Made by a program: the position numbers and the translations under genes. From the human T2T-CHM13v2.0 reference genome, Homo sapiens, in the NCBI RefSeq assembly GCF_009914755.1, contig NC_060925.1: a DNA stretch of 64,000 bases. The stretch is one strand, 5' to 3'. Position 1 is the stretch's first letter. Each line of letters opens with the position of its first letter. Below the pieces are notes generated by a model. That model saw only the letters and a list, made by a program, of their open reading frames with translations, was not told where the DNA came from and did no database searches. Below, in pieces: positions 1 through 14,817 of this stretch.

Positions 1-36
<36 letters not shown>
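1..36. repeat. (CA)n microsatellite, truncated by window start
   Basis: Pure CA dinucleotide run. Confidence 0.98.
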
Positions 37-37
<1 letters not shown>

Positions 38-357
38 AATCTCACTCTGTCCAGCCTTGACTAATCAAAAGGGCCTTCTGGTTACAGAAGAGGTATGCTC
101 TTTTGTAGGACAGGGAGAGACCAGCAAGCTTGTTCACAGACTTTTCCTCATCCTCTGCTTAGTTTTCCAAGAACCCTCACAGTGGAAATGGAGTCTCTGG
201 GAAAATGACCTAAATCTTTGGGTTACCAGGGGAGAAATATGCCTCCTTTGTCAATTAATAAATGGAACATCTGCCTTAAAATCCAGGGAGTTCTGCTAGA
301 ATGAATCACTCCCTAAGACCCTGACCAATGCATGGAACATGAAAAACTGAAGTTTAA

Positions 358-582
358 CTGGGCGCGGTGGATCACGCCTGTAATCCCAGCACTTTGGGAG
401 GCTGAGGCGGGCGGATCACCTGAGGTCAAAAGTTCTAGATCAGCCTGGCCAACATGGTGAAACCCCGTCTCTACTAAAAATACAAAAATTAGTTGGGCAT
501 GGTGGTGGACACCTGTAATCCCAGCTACTTGGGAGGCTGAGGCAGGAAAATCGCTTGAACCCGGAAGGCGGAGGTTGCAGTT
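358..582 (+). mobile_element. Alu (S-type), 3'-truncated
   Basis: ctgggcgcggtgg...tgtaatcccagcactttgggagg...aaaaatacaaaaattag...gaggttgcagt, with no tail. Confidence 0.92.
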
Positions 583-3114
583 ACTTCTAGAAGAATTTCC
601 ATTAGCCCTTTGAAATCCTTCAACATTCATGAAGGCCAAAGAGTTTTCACCTAATTTAATCTGATGGGTATGTGACCAGAGTCTTTCTAGGGAATAGAGA
701 CTCCCAAACAGTTCGACTGGGAAGTGAGGAGAGAATTTATTACTCAAAACCAAAGGGAAATGAAAAGAGGCCAACATAGAATGTCATTATTCTTTCTTGG
801 CGGGGAATGGATTCCAGAGTCATTCTGTGACCTTTACATGACCTCCTTATTAGCATCTAAAAGCTTCCAGTGTAGGATGCAGCCAGCTAGGTTCTCTTCT
901 AATGTAATAAAATTTGCTTCGGCAAATCTTATGCAGAGCCATCTCCAGGCTCCAGAAACAATAGGCTATAAATTACTGGATCTCCCATTTGATACAATGA
1001 AGTATGAGCACGGTCCTGAATGACTCCTCTACATACTACTCTGGGTGGCTTGAAGTGAATTTGATACAAGAACTGGAGCGAGGGCAAAGCAGAGCTAGAT
1101 CTAGGATTAATGTGCTTGGGCCCAGCTCCTCACTACTCACCTATGAGTCTAGTTCCAGAACCCAAGTAGAGGATGGGGAAACAAGGCTCCTGACTTTTTT
1201 TCCCTAATATCTGCATCTCTTTCACATTTCTTATCTCCTTGCAAAGAAACTAAACAGTCTCAACTGAAATAACTAAATGATTAAACCCTATACAGAGAAT
1301 CTCCAAAGACTGACAAAATATCATTCAAGACTGTTACACAGACAACCTTGAGGATGACTTGATGTACCAGTGATCTACAATATTTGGGATCATTCCAAAT
1401 TCCCATCAAGGATCTGCCTATATCAACAAAGGAGCCAAGGACCAACCATTCAAATGGGCCCTGCTGCCAAGCCTTTTTTTTTTTTTTTAACAATGCCATC
1501 TCTTCATATTGTTCCATTTAACAAAACTGCAGCCCTTCATCTATCCTTAAGTCCCTTGGCCAATGGTACAGAGCCAGAGTATGCTACTCCCTAGCAGGAA
1601 ATCAACAGGATGACCTACTAAACACCATTCAGAAGATGCTAAGACCCATGAATTGCAACAGGAAAGAAAAGACAGAGAATTAGTCAGACAGGTACATGCT
1701 GTGCCAAAAATGCACTACAGCCCCCACCCAATTCTGCCTAATCCTAGCTGGGCTGACACCAACCTGATGAGACAGGCCTATAAGATCTCAAACTAAAACA
1801 GAAACTCCTGAACTGGGTTCTTTTGAGCCCAGGAAGCAGCAGTAAATCATTAAAGAACAGATAAGTTCTTAAGGTGAGGGAGAGTTTCAGATAAATGGAA
1901 TGCTGGTAGAACACAGGGCCCAAAGGAGCAAAAGTTAACCTAAGCCCAGGTAGAACCTTGTTTACTAGAGTATTAGGCATGGGTTTGGGCAACTATTCTA
2001 ACCAGAGAAACTGGCTTCAGTGAGGGCAAGTTGGCAATCCAAGGTATAGCATGCATAGGGCTGGCAAAATTCAGGGTGACTGAAGCAAAAGCTTCAGAAC
2101 CAGAAAGACCACATCTGGGGGTAGAGCACAAAACTCTCAAGAGATGAATCTTTGTAAGAGTGAGGCAGAACTATATAGCAGTTTTAGGAGATCTGTTGGT
2201 GCCCAGCAAGAGCTCCAAACGGGCTATATGCAGGGATGCAGGCTGTAGTCTCAGGAGAGGAGGTTCACAAAAGTCATTCAGTCCAAGACCTCAAACTGTG
2301 TTCTCTACTAAAAGGAATCAAGGTTCCCTAGAGAAACGGCTGACTCCATGTATGGTGCAGTATATTGATCCTGGAACATCTTTTTTGCCAGAAAGCAAGG
2401 AAGCCATCAAAGTCCAACAGGATCACGTCAAAAAGACATGAAAGTCAACTTGAAGAGATAATTATTAACCTAGATGAGACAATGTAAGCATCCAAAACAA
2501 TAAAGACTGCAATGGCCTGAAATACATCAAATGCAAACAATAAACTATGAGTTCATAATGGTATTCAGAAAAAAAAACTACTGGTCATTAGAGGGAAGGT
2601 TACTAGGTCACTAACTTACTACTCTGAAAAGTGACTTAAGATGAGAGGTAGGGTGGAGAATTAGCTATTTATTCAGTCTTTCCTGTACAAACATAAATTT
2701 TTAGGGAGATTGAAGCAGATGAAACAAATCTGGAAAAATGGAGGTAACTGCTTAATCTGCGGGTTGGGTGCATGGAGGTTCAACATATTTCTTTTGTGTA
2801 TATTTGAACCCCCTACAAAAAAAGCACAAGACAGAATGTGAGCCAAGCAGCTTAGGGTTTAGGCAAGGCTTCTGCCTACAAGAGACACCAGGATATGAGG
2901 GGTAGTTTTAGCCCTATTGGGCTGAGCCAACTGGAGGTATATAGGGAAGTGCTAAATTGCAGAGGTATCATGTTGCCCAGCACTTGATCAAATCCTAGAT
3001 CCTAGGTCTGCTTGGTGGCATGCTTCCTAGGTAGTGGATCTGAGGCTACCTATAGAACTTCCTTTGCAGTCATAGTTCACTCAGAAACTACAAAAGTGCT
3101 TGCTCTTGAAAATG

Positions 3115-3708
3115 GAGTCTTTGTCCATTTCATGCTTCTATAAAAGAATACCACAGACTGCATAATTTATAAAAAGGAAAAAAGGAAGGAAAGAAAAAAG
3201 GAAGGAAGGAGGGAAGGAGGGAAAAAGGGAAGGAGGGAAGGAAAGGAAGGAAGGGAAAGAAGGAAAGGAAGGAAGGGAAAGAGAGAAAGAGGGAAGGAGG
3301 AAGGGAGGGAAGGAGGGAGGGAGGGAGAGAGGGAGGGAGGGGAAGGGAAGAAAAGGGAAGAGAAGGGAAAGGAGGAAGAAAAGGAAAGGAAAGGAATAAA
3401 TTTTATTTCTTAACAGTTCTGGATGTTAGGAAGTCCAAGGTTGAGGGGCCTGCATCTGGTAAGGGTCTTCTTGCTGCATCATCCCACTACAGAAGGCAGA
3501 AGGAAAAGAGAGTGCAAGAAAGCAAGAGGGCAAAAGGGGCTGAACTCTGTTTTATAATAAGCCCACTCTGTGATTACTAATCTATTAGCACAATAACAAC
3601 ATTAACTCATTCATGAAGGCTATTTTATTAGGCCCCACATCCCAACTGTTGCATTGAGGATTGAGTTTCCAGCACATAAACTTTGGGGGACACATTTAAA
3701 CCATAGCA
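3115..3708 (-). mobile_element. MaLR LTR (MST/MLT1A-like) interrupted by a GA-rich expansion
   Basis: Typical motifs ataccacagactg..aatttat, cagttctgga..gaagtccaag..gcatctggt, and end ggggacacatttaaaccatagca. Subfamily not certain. Confidence 0.8.
3172..3398. repeat. Polypurine GA/GGAA-rich low-complexity tract
   Basis: About 220 nt of A and G only. Confidence 0.95.
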
Positions 3709-4744
3709 GAGCACTTAGGTTAATTCAACTAAGAGGAGCTGGGAAAATCAAAGGCATGAGAAAGACAGCAAAAGCTAGCAGAGAGAAATGCATAGGTTAA
3801 GGAAAAAAGTCACAGTGAATCCTGTAGTGCAGGCTACTTTATCAAAAGCACCTAAAAAAGATCTCATTAACTCCCCCAGCTCACCTCCACCCACATCTAA
3901 AGAGCCACACACAGCACCACCAAAGGCAGCACAATGAGAACAGCATTCTCCTCAACAGACAAGCTGGGAGTATCTAGACACCTGACCTCAATAGCTCCAG
4001 AACAGCCCTAAAACATTTCCTCCCTAACCACCACTCAAGTCACCAGCTTGGAAAGTATTAAGAAAACCCAAATCCTGACACACCACTATGAAACAACTTA
4101 AAACAGCAAAGAACAACCCATTTAAACAGCAATGCCAGCTGTTGGGGAAAAAAGGAACAATGAGTAGAGGAGAAACAGACCACTCGGGGTCCACCAAGAC
4201 CCAGTCTCTCAGCTTCAGCACTTTTAAATGCAGAATCCATACCCCTCTGGGGCCTGTGGAGCTCCACAAGGCATGTCGTCCTCAAAGATAAATGAGCAGG
4301 CAAGCTGGCTAGAAAACCACTAAGGGTATTTATTCTTTAAAGAATCTTTACAGGGTCAAAGAAGAATGGGTCTTAACTGGCTATGTGAACTCCCCACAGA
4401 TTCTGAGGATGATGTCAGTATCCCTTTCCAGATGTGTTTAACACTTTGCAGTCACTTGTATTCCTGCCACTGAGTGCCAGTGCTTTGCTAATTTGAACTG
4501 ATTCCAGCTCACGCTGACCCCAGCTCCCTGGATGTTACCATTAGCCAAGACTGTCACCCATACTGTACCCTTTCAAAGAGTCCTAAAAACAGCTCTTCAC
4601 CTACTCTTCCAAGACAAGTAAAAATGTCTGCCAAAGAAATGGGGAAAAAAGATTCAGAGAGTGAAAACAATTAATATACTAACAAGAGAGCAAAAAGCAA
4701 AGGGGGAGGAGAAACTAGGAAAATCATATATGGGCTCTCACCTA

Positions 4745-5150
<406 letters not shown>

Positions 5151-5259
5151 TCACCATAAAATAACTCAGACTTAATTAAATACAACCCTAGTGGTGAATG
5201 ACTAAAGATGGATTACTCATAACAGAGATAACGGTCCAATAAGAATCCAGGAATCTTAC

Positions 5260-5815
<556 letters not shown>

Positions 5816-6002
5816 TTAAACACAGTATGTAGAAAAGAATAATTATTGAATCTGTACTGGTCTTTAACTTTTACACTTTGATCTTTAATTCTGTTATTGT
5901 GATTGAGTCCAAAGAAAAACAGTATGAGTAAAATAAAAAGAACACCAAAAATGCTAATATTCTGTTTACCGAAGTCTGTAGTGATATATCCCATTAAATC
6001 CA

Positions 6003-6293
6003 AGTGCAGTGACACACCCATAATCCCAAGCACTTTGGGAGGCTGAGGCGGGTGAATCTCCTGAAGTCAGGAGTTCAAGGCCAGCCTGGCCAACATGGTG
6101 AAACCCCAACTCTACTACAAATACAAAAATTAGGCAGGCGTGGTGGCAGAGGCCTGTAATCCCAGCTACTTAGGAGGCTGAGGCAGGGAGAATTGCTTGA
6201 ACCCAGGAGGTGAGCTTGCCATGAGCTGAGATCATACCACTGCACTCCAGCGTGGGTGACAGAACAAAACTTCAACCTCCAAAAAAAAAAAAA
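6003..6293 (+). mobile_element. Alu
   Basis: Alu consensus with A-tail and a diverged 5' end. Confidence 0.92.
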
Positions 6294-6865
6294 CAGCTAG
6301 CAGGTGACATTTGCTATAGGGAGACTAGGGATATGATCTTGCTGCAATCCTTCCATTTTAGTAAATCTAAACAGTGTGAATCCATTCTGTTTCGTCCCCA
6401 CTCCACTCCAGAGCCAAAACAAGAAAATCAATTATATTTCTAGTTCTTTAAAAACATATCTAACTAAATCATCTAATTAAAAGATAATATGCATGGTTCC
6501 ATACTCTAAAAGAAAACTTATGTCCTGCATATCATGGACATTTGATGAATGCTTATTCAGTTGACTGGTGTAGACTTCAATAATAACCTGTTCAATGCAT
6601 TATGCCAGATGAATCTTGCATCTCAAAAGTAGAACAAATATTGTTCTTTCAGTTTTGTCTACCCATAAATGCAATATTTACTAATAAAAAGAAAATGAGT
6701 TTATTGTTCTAGAGAGTATGAGAATTTTGACAACATGAATTCTCCTGTCCTAGGACATAATTAATACTTAGAGGCATACTATTTCATGTGGAAGCTACCA
6801 TTAAATCAATGTTAAGTGTTAATTACCTCACATAATCTTCTAATCTGACTTGACTGAAGACGTAC

Positions 6866-6924
6866 CTGACAAAGTTGATTTATCAAGTTGTAAATCTTCA
6901 CCTGTTGAATTCATAAGTTCATGT
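6866..6924 (-). pseudogene. GTF2I-like 59-nt exon
   Basis: tttcag|ACATGAACTT...TTGTCAG|gtacg reads HELMNSTGEDLQLDKSTLS (TFII-I: HELLNSTREDLQLDKPASG). Confidence 0.88.
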
Positions 6925-7036
6925 CTGAAAGGTGAGAATAAATACTTAATATTCACTAGGCAATTTCAGCAAAGTAATATCCACTAGTACATATTTAACA
7001 TTTCATCATGAACTGCGGGTGTGAAGAGAAAAGACA

Positions 7037-7336
7037 GGCTGGGCACAGTGGCTCACACCTGTAATCCCAGCAGTTTGGGAGGCCGAGGCAGGCAGATCAT
7101 GAGGTCAGGAGTTCGAGACCAGCCTGGCCAACATGGTAAAACCCCGTCTGTACTAAAAGTACAATAATTAGCTGGGCATGGTGGCAGGCACCTGTAATCC
7201 CAGCGACTCAGGAGGCTGAGGCAGGAGAATTGCCTGAACCCAGGAGGTGGAGGTTGCAGAAACCATTATCACGCCACTGCATTCCAGCCTGGGCAAGAGA
7301 GCAAGATTCTGTCTCCATCAATCAATCAATAAAAAT
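7037..7336 (+). mobile_element. Alu
   Basis: Full Alu with (TCAA)n tail. Confidence 0.95.
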
Positions 7337-8114
7337 ATAAGGAGGAAGCATTTACTGTGTATTTATATGTCTGGTATTATGTGAAGCACTTTACTATCTT
7401 ATCAAATCTTCGGGACAGGTCTTCAGTTCTCATGACCACAAAAGAGGATACTAAAGCTCAGACAGGAGAAGAGACGTGGCCAGCCTGTGTCCCCAGGGCC
7501 TATGGTCTTACCACTAGGTTACAGTGTTTCCAGATATCACATGTTGTGAGATTTTTGCTTTAAAATGAACCAAAAAAAAACCAAAGGTGAAAAAGGCATA
7601 AGCTATTAAAAAGTGGGAGAAACACTAAGAGAACCTTAAGCATGTAACTAAAAATATTATGGAAATGTTATTGAATTCATTAGCAAATTTAGTGCTAGGT
7701 TTTCATTGAGGAGTAGGTTATATTACTCATGATGAAGAAAAATGTTCCTTTTAAGTATATTAACATAAATACCATCAATATTGTTTATCATGTTTAAATG
7801 TTCACTTAAAGCAATTCAGTTAAAATTCTGCATATCATACAATTTTATAGTTTGCTAGTAGGTTACAAGTAAATAGTCACCCAAATAAAAACATCATGTT
7901 TTCCACTGGTTGTTGCTCTTTTTTAGGTGAGTATTTGATGTATACCAACAGAGAGAGGATAATAACAAATCGCTAATTTCTTTCATCACTATATAAAGGT
8001 GGCTTCAGGATAGAATAGTATCAGGGCAATGATGAATTTGAAATCTAACATCAATTCAGTGATGCATCAAGATAAAAGCAGAGACAACAGGGGCACCTTG
8101 GTGAGTACTGAACA

Positions 8115-8417
8115 TTTTATTTATTTACTTATTTATTTTGAGATGGAGTTTTGCTCTTTTTGCCCAGGCTAGAGTGCAATGGTGCCAACCTCGCCTCACT
8201 GCAACCTCTGCCTCCTGGGTTCAAGCGATTCTCCTGCCTTGGCCTCCCGAATAGCTGGGATTACAGACATGCGCCACCACACCCGTCTAATTTTGTATTT
8301 TTAGTAGAGACGGGGTTTCTCCATGTTGGTCAGGCTGGTCTCGAACTCCCGACCTAGATATCTGCCTGCCTTGGCCTCCCAAAGTGCTGGGATTACAGGT
8401 GTGAGCCACCGCGCCCA
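8115..8417 (-). mobile_element. Alu
   Basis: Antisense Alu with (TTTA)n tail. Confidence 0.95.
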
Positions 8418-8479
8418 GATGAATTCCAAATTTAACAAAGCAGACTAAGAGAAACAATTCATTTAAAAAAATAATATTT

Positions 8480-8776
8480 GGCCAGGCATGGTGGCTCACA
8501 CCTATAATCCCAGCACTTTGGGAGGCTGAGGTGAGTGGATCAGGAGGTCAGCAGTTCAAGACCAGCCTAGCCAAGATCATGAAACCCCGTCTCTACTAAA
8601 AATACAAAAATCAGCCAGGCGTGGTGGCTGGTGCCTGTAATCCTAGCTGCTCGGGAGGCTGAGGCAGAGAACTGCTTGAACCCGGGAGGCGGAGGTTGCA
8701 GTGAGCCGAGATCGTGCCACTGCACTCCAGCCTGGGCGACAGAGTGAGGCTCCGTCTCAAAAAAAATAAATAAATA
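8480..8776 (+). mobile_element. Alu
   Basis: Full Alu. TSD-like aaaaaataatatt / ataataatt flanks. Confidence 0.95.
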
Positions 8777-9084
8777 ATTCAATGAAATTCCTAAGATCCA
8801 GGGCTTTGCAATAAATATGTAAATAAATTTCCAATCTCCATACTGAAAGTTTAAAAGAAATGCTAACTAATAACTAAAGAAATACAACTTTTCCTCAGCT
8901 TTGCAGCAATCTAGAAACAAAGTGTGTAGACACTACAAAGCACCTTACAAGGAGAAACATGTAAGGATGGCATGACTCGCCGGCAGCCCTGGGCTTGTCC
9001 ACGGTACCCCCATGATGAACAGTAACTCCACTGTGTAAACGCCCATGAACATAAGATTACAAGACTTTTCCAGTTTAGACATAC

Positions 9085-9150
9085 CATATTTTCTTTCAGA
9101 CAATTCTTCAGTTTGTTTACGTAGATCAGCGATACGATGATTCCATTTCT
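9085..9150 (-). pseudogene. GTF2I-like 66-nt exon
   Basis: ttttcag|AGAAATGG...AAAATATG|gtatgt reads EKWNHRIADLRKQTEELSERKY (TFII-I: [22 protein letters not shown]). Confidence 0.92.
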
Positions 9151-9468
9151 CTGAAAACCAAGCAAAAGTTGCTTCTCAATAACACATCCCTATGTCAGAG
9201 CAGCACTAACGTATAATGACTGATGTCATATATTTTACATTCTAACAGTCCATATCATTTTACTGCTTTCAAGAAAAAATTTCCCCTTCTTGGTGGTTCT
9301 TAGAATTGGTTTAATGGGAGACTATTAGAGAAGCTGAAAAGCAGGAGGGCAGAAAAGTTCAATCAAATTAAACACAATAACAGGGAGGTCACAATGAGGC
9401 GGTCTCCAGGGGTCTTTTAGCAAACTTCCTAAAACATGTCTCAGCTGTGTGAAAATAGACTTTACAGC

Positions 9469-9775
9469 AGCCGGGTGCAGTGGTGCAGGCCTGTAATCCC
9501 AGCACTTTGGCAGCAGAGGCAGGCGGATCACTTTGAGCTCAGGGCAACATAGCCAAAACCCCCCTCCCCAGCCCCACCCCCACCCCGTCCCTACCAAAAA
9601 TACAAAACAGCAGGGCATGGTGGCGGGCGCCTGTAGTCCCAGCTACTCAGGAGGCTGAGGCAGGAGAATCACCTGAACCCAGGAGGCAGACATTGCAGTG
9701 AGCCAAGATCACACCACTGCCAGCCTGGATGACAGAGCAAGACTCCACCTCAAAAAAAACAAAAACAAAAACACA
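9469..9775 (+). mobile_element. Alu (J-like, diverged)
   Basis: Alu dimer with a C-rich insertion in the left arm. Confidence 0.88.
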
Positions 9776-9899
9776 AGGTTAAGAGGGACCCCCGACCTTA
9801 CAGATGCAAGTTTAAGAGGGACCCCTAAGCAAAAAATGCCAACCCTTTTTCTCCCAATCATTGAAACACCAGGAGGGTGTAACAGTTTTGCAGCCTAGC

Positions 9900-10330
9900 T
9901 GTAGCAGGCTGATGCCCCCAAGATGCCCATATCCTAATCCCGGGAACTGGTGAACATGACCTTATATGGCAAAAGGAGCTTTGCAGATATAATGAAGTTA
10001 AGGGTCTTTGGCTTTTGGGGTTGATGTACTCACTCGGATCCTTGTAAGAGCAGAGCAGGTGATGGAGAGGGTGGGAGGTGTAGTGACAGAAGCAGGAAAC
10101 TCCAGTCATTCGAGACGGGCAGCACAGGCTGAGGAGTGCAGGCCACCTCTACGGCCAGGAAACAGATTCTCCCGCAGAGCCTCGGAAGCTACCGACCCTG
10201 CTCCCACCTTGACTCAGTAGGACTTACTGTAGAATTCTGGCCTTCAGACCTGTAAGGGAATACATTTTGGTTGTTTTAAGTCACTAAGTGTGTGGTAATT
10301 TGTTGCAGCAGCCACAGGAAACTAGTATTG
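9900..10330 (+). mobile_element. MLT1-family MaLR LTR
   Basis: atcctaatccc..gaac..ccttatatggcaaaagg..ctttgcagat at the 5' end and gttttaagtcactaag..tggtaatttgttgcagcagccacaggaaacta at the 3' end. Confidence 0.85.
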
Positions 10331-10358
10331 TAGTGAAGCCTCAAAACCCCCCTGAAGG

Positions 10359-10663
10359 GGCTGGGCTCAGTGGCTCATGCCTGTAATCCCAGCACTTTGG
10401 GAGGCCGAGATGGGTGGATCACTTGAGGTCAGGAGTTCGAGACCAGCCCAGCCAACATGGTGAAATGCCATCTATACAAAAAATACAAAAACTAGCCGGG
10501 CATGGTGGCACATGCCTGTAATCTCAGCTACTCAGGAGGCTGAGACAGGAGAATTGTTTGAACCCAGGGGGGCGGAGGTTGCAGTGAACTGAGATTCCAC
10601 CACTGCACTCCAGCCTGGGTGACAGAGCGACGCTCCACCTCGAAAACAAAACAAAACAAAAAA
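10359..10663 (+). mobile_element. Alu with TSD aaaacccc(c/a)cctgaagg
   Basis: Full Alu with the direct repeat on both flanks. Confidence 0.95.
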
Positions 10664-10844
10664 ACCCCACCTGAAGGTTTCCAGTTCTGCCAGCACTCTC
10701 CCACCCAACCCCCAGAAACAGACATTCCATTGCTGTGGGCCATGGACAGGCAGAAGGAAGCACCTCCTCATGGCAGAGGCCTACCCAGGAGAAACCCAAG
10801 GGAAGGCACTGCTGGGCTGGCCCCTCTCTGCCAAGGCCATATTC

Positions 10845-11105
10845 TTTTTTTTTTTTTTGAGGCCAGTTTCACTCTGTCTCCCAGACTGGAGTGCAGGGGC
10901 ACAGTCTCGGCTCACTTCGACCTCTGCCTCCCCAGTTCAAGTGATTCTCCTGCCTCAGTCTCCTGAGTAGCTGGGATGACAGGAGTGGAGCATGCCTAGC
11001 TAATCTTTGTATTTCTAGTAGAGATGCGGTTTTGCCACGTTGCCAGTCCACCTGTCTCAGCCCCGCAAAGTGCTGGTATTACAGGAGTGAGCCACTGCAC
11101 CCAGC
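10845..11105 (-). mobile_element. Alu with internal deletion
   Basis: Antisense Alu lacking part of the left arm. Confidence 0.92.
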
Positions 11106-11890
11106 ATTTGCCAAGACCTTTGATGGCAGGCTTTTTCCAGGTGATCAGTCCTTGTCTGGTCTGGCTCTGCCCCACTCTCCTTCTCACCTAGTTGGAATCC
11201 CTAGCTACTTTTCAGTAGAGGAGAGTGTGTACCCCAATCCCAGCTTGGTTCAGATCTGCATTTAACTCATGGAACCTGGCTGCTCCCCAGGTCCTGAAGA
11301 AAAAAACGGTCTCTCTGTGGGTATGATAAAGGATGGGCCTGTCCCCAGGACCCTGTGAGAGGGAAGCCCAATGTCCCACCAGGTTGGCAGGGCTGGGGAA
11401 GGGAAAGTGTTATGGCAGCCCCAAGAAAAAAAAGAGGCAGCAGAGGGAGCAGGACAGCGCTCACATGGAACTCATGCCACTGCCTGAGGGGGGGGAGGAG
11501 TGCACGCCAGTGACGTCAGGGGGCAGAGAGGCGCAGTTCCAGGGTGGCTTTCCCCCTCACTTCCTGCCATGTTACTCTGATCGCCTCCAGGTGAGCCTGC
11601 CCACTTTGTGCCCAGGGGCCTGTAGAAAACCACAGCTCCCCATGGTTATGGCCCCAGGAGTGGGGCAGAGCAGGGAGGAGTCCTGGACAGAGGAGAGGCA
11701 GGGGCAGGAGGGAGTGGGCCTCAAACTCCAGGAGGGGGCCCTTCTCATGGGTCCTGCTTTCTGGCTTCTCCTTCCTTACCCCTGGGCTGATCACTTGGGG
11801 AAGAACTGAGACAAAGTTTCTCGCCCTCAGGCCCAAAGGGTTTAATTACTGGGCCCTTAGGGAGGTGTGAGCCCCCTGAAAGGATGCAAG

Positions 11891-12192
<302 letters not shown>

Positions 12193-14059
12193 ACGATGAA
12201 AGGTTTTGTGTGGAGAGCATGTACATGCCTTTCTGGGAAAACAGTCCACAGCGCTTATTCTCAGCAGACTTCACGGTGAAAAAAGGTTAGAACTCTTGCT
12301 ACAGAGCTGTGGAAGCAGCCAGGTGAGGGGCCTGCCAAGGGCACTCTGGGCACTACCTGGGCACTCTCGAGCCCATCATCCCCTAGGCAGGCTGCACTGC
12401 TTGGTATTTGCAGAGCTGAGGGGGTGGGGCATGTGGGGACTGTGAAATCGCCCTGAGATGACCCACAGTCCTCAGCTGGGAAGTGAGCGCTGCATCTCCT
12501 GCAGCGTCCTCCATCCCTAGAGCCATGGGGCCAGGAGAACCGGCCCTTGCAGCAAGTGAAAAGCCTATTATTGATTCCCTCCCTAGCCATGTAGACAGTG
12601 AACCAAGACACTCATATCAGGTAAATGCCTTGTTCTCTGTTACCAAGGTAACCAGTAGGCATTCCCAGATACAGCGAAGGTCCTCACACCAAGATATGCA
12701 CCTGGCCACCTGAGGAAAGAGAAAGGACTATCTGAGGGGATGGGGCTGAGCTGGGTGTGGAGTGGTCCTTGTGGGTCTTGGAGAGTGGGAGGGGGAGCAG
12801 CATGAGCCAGGCCTCGAGGCAGAAGGACAACCAGGAGACAGCCTGGAAAAAGTGCTGGACCCACAAGGGCTCTAGGCTGGCCAGAGGGGAGGTGGGATAG
12901 GCTGTAAAGTCCTGAGGTCTGAAGATTGGCCCTGGCAGGAAGAAACCAGGTAAGGTGGGGTGTTACCTACACCCTCGGGGCCAGATGCAGGCCAGAGCCA
13001 GCCAATTACCAGGCCCTTAGGGAGGTGTGAGCCCCTTGAAACGATGCAAGGTTTTTTGTTTTTGTTTTGGAGACGGAGTTTCGCTCTTGTCACACAGGCT
13101 GGCACCTTTGCCCAGAGCAGGCACCAAGACTTCTGGCTCTGGGTGTGACCTCAGTCTGGGTAAAAGCCCCAGCCCCCACCAGCACCACCTATCCCCTAGA
13201 CTACTTCAGGTGCTGAGCCCAAGCCAGGGGCAGGAAGCTAAACTGATGCCTAGGGTAATCCCAACAAAGTCCCTGGTTCCCCGCAGCTATGGGGCTGACG
13301 GGGAATTACAGCCCAAACCCCAGATGCTGGCTCTCAAACTAACACTGAGCCCTCAGTGCCCACAGGGAGATACAATCAGCGCACTTTCCAGATGGGGAAA
13401 TGGGATCAGAGAAGTGCAACAGCCTTGCCCAATGCCCCAGACCAGGGCTCCAGGCCCAGAGTATTCTTTTGTCACTGTGTTCAGAGGGCAGCAGCTGCTG
13501 TGATGTACCCACCTGAGCCTGGCAGCTTTCTCCAACTTTGGAAGCCCAGGAGCATGGCCCCTGTCCACAGATGCACCTGGCATGAGGCGTGCCCAGAGGG
13601 ACAGAGGCAGATGAGTTTCGTCTCCTCCACTGGATTGTGAGGGCCTAGAAGGAGACAAGGGTCTGCTTGAGAAGGCAGTGAACAGCGAGCAGCCTGAGGC
13701 AGTGCCCCTCTGGATGGATGCGCAGTGCCTGGATGGAACCTGGCTCAGACAGAGCTCAGTTCTGCAGGTCCCTGAGGCATGGAGAGTTCACAGCTACCAA
13801 GTGTAGGAGTCTGGATTCAAAGCCAACGGCGTGACTCCAAAGTCCCTGCCCTAGCCCCTGGACCACCCTTGCAGGCCCATCAGATGCCCAGGCCAGCAGC
13901 ACAGCCGGCCAAGACCAGGGAAACTTGGGGAGCCTCAGAGCACCCCCAGGTATTCCAACCTAACCCTGGTGCCCCGCCTCTCACCACCCTTCTTCCTGCT
14001 TTTACCTCAACCCCTACACAAAGCCTGGGCCACTTAATGTGGCATCAAACAGACGCCTC

Positions 14060-14089
14060 AATAAATCAGTCTAATCTCGAAAAAAAAAA
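14060..14089 (+). terminator. PolyA signal plus genomic A-tract ending a GC-rich insert
   Basis: AATAAA at 14060-14065 and A10 at 14080-14089, followed by an abrupt switch to AT-rich sequence. Confidence 0.6.
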
Positions 14090-14576
14090 GGCTTAACAGA
14101 TATACAATTGCACGTTAGAATGCTAAAGACCATAAACATATAACAACTTAAAGTACATATAAATTCAATATATATCCAATCATTGTAACTATGACACAGT
14201 AGAATATTAAAATACTATTTTCAAAATGTATACAAGCTTAATGTTCTATGTATTCAAACTGTTTATTCAAAATACAAATCATCAACATAAATTGCCACTA
14301 ATATTCAGTCCCTTCACAGGACATGATTCACTGGGAGTTAATAAATTAGCAGCCGGCAGGCAGTGACACACCGCAAAAATGAAAACCAAGAGGTGAAATA
14401 GTTCTGAAATAAAGGTTTTAAAGCTAACAGAAATCACTGAATTACTAAGTCATTAGCACTAATTTTGAGCCAACTAACTAATTAATATGAGATGATACAA
14501 TGTCCTATACTTTGGTAAATACAGACTATGTTTAAACAATGTCTGTAACGTGACTTGTAAAATGCTCCTGGCTTTA

Positions 14577-14817
<241 letters not shown>

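Noticed and set aside
590-780. HQIKLGENS.. on the - strand, faintly like a C2H2 zinc-finger linker
   Set aside because: No Cys/His spacing or 84-nt periodicity can be shown; too weak without a profile search.
9779-9826. Short direct repeat ttaagagggacccc (similar short pairs at ~35006/35038 and ~54140/54158)
   Set aside because: Ordinary small slippage duplications with no further structure.
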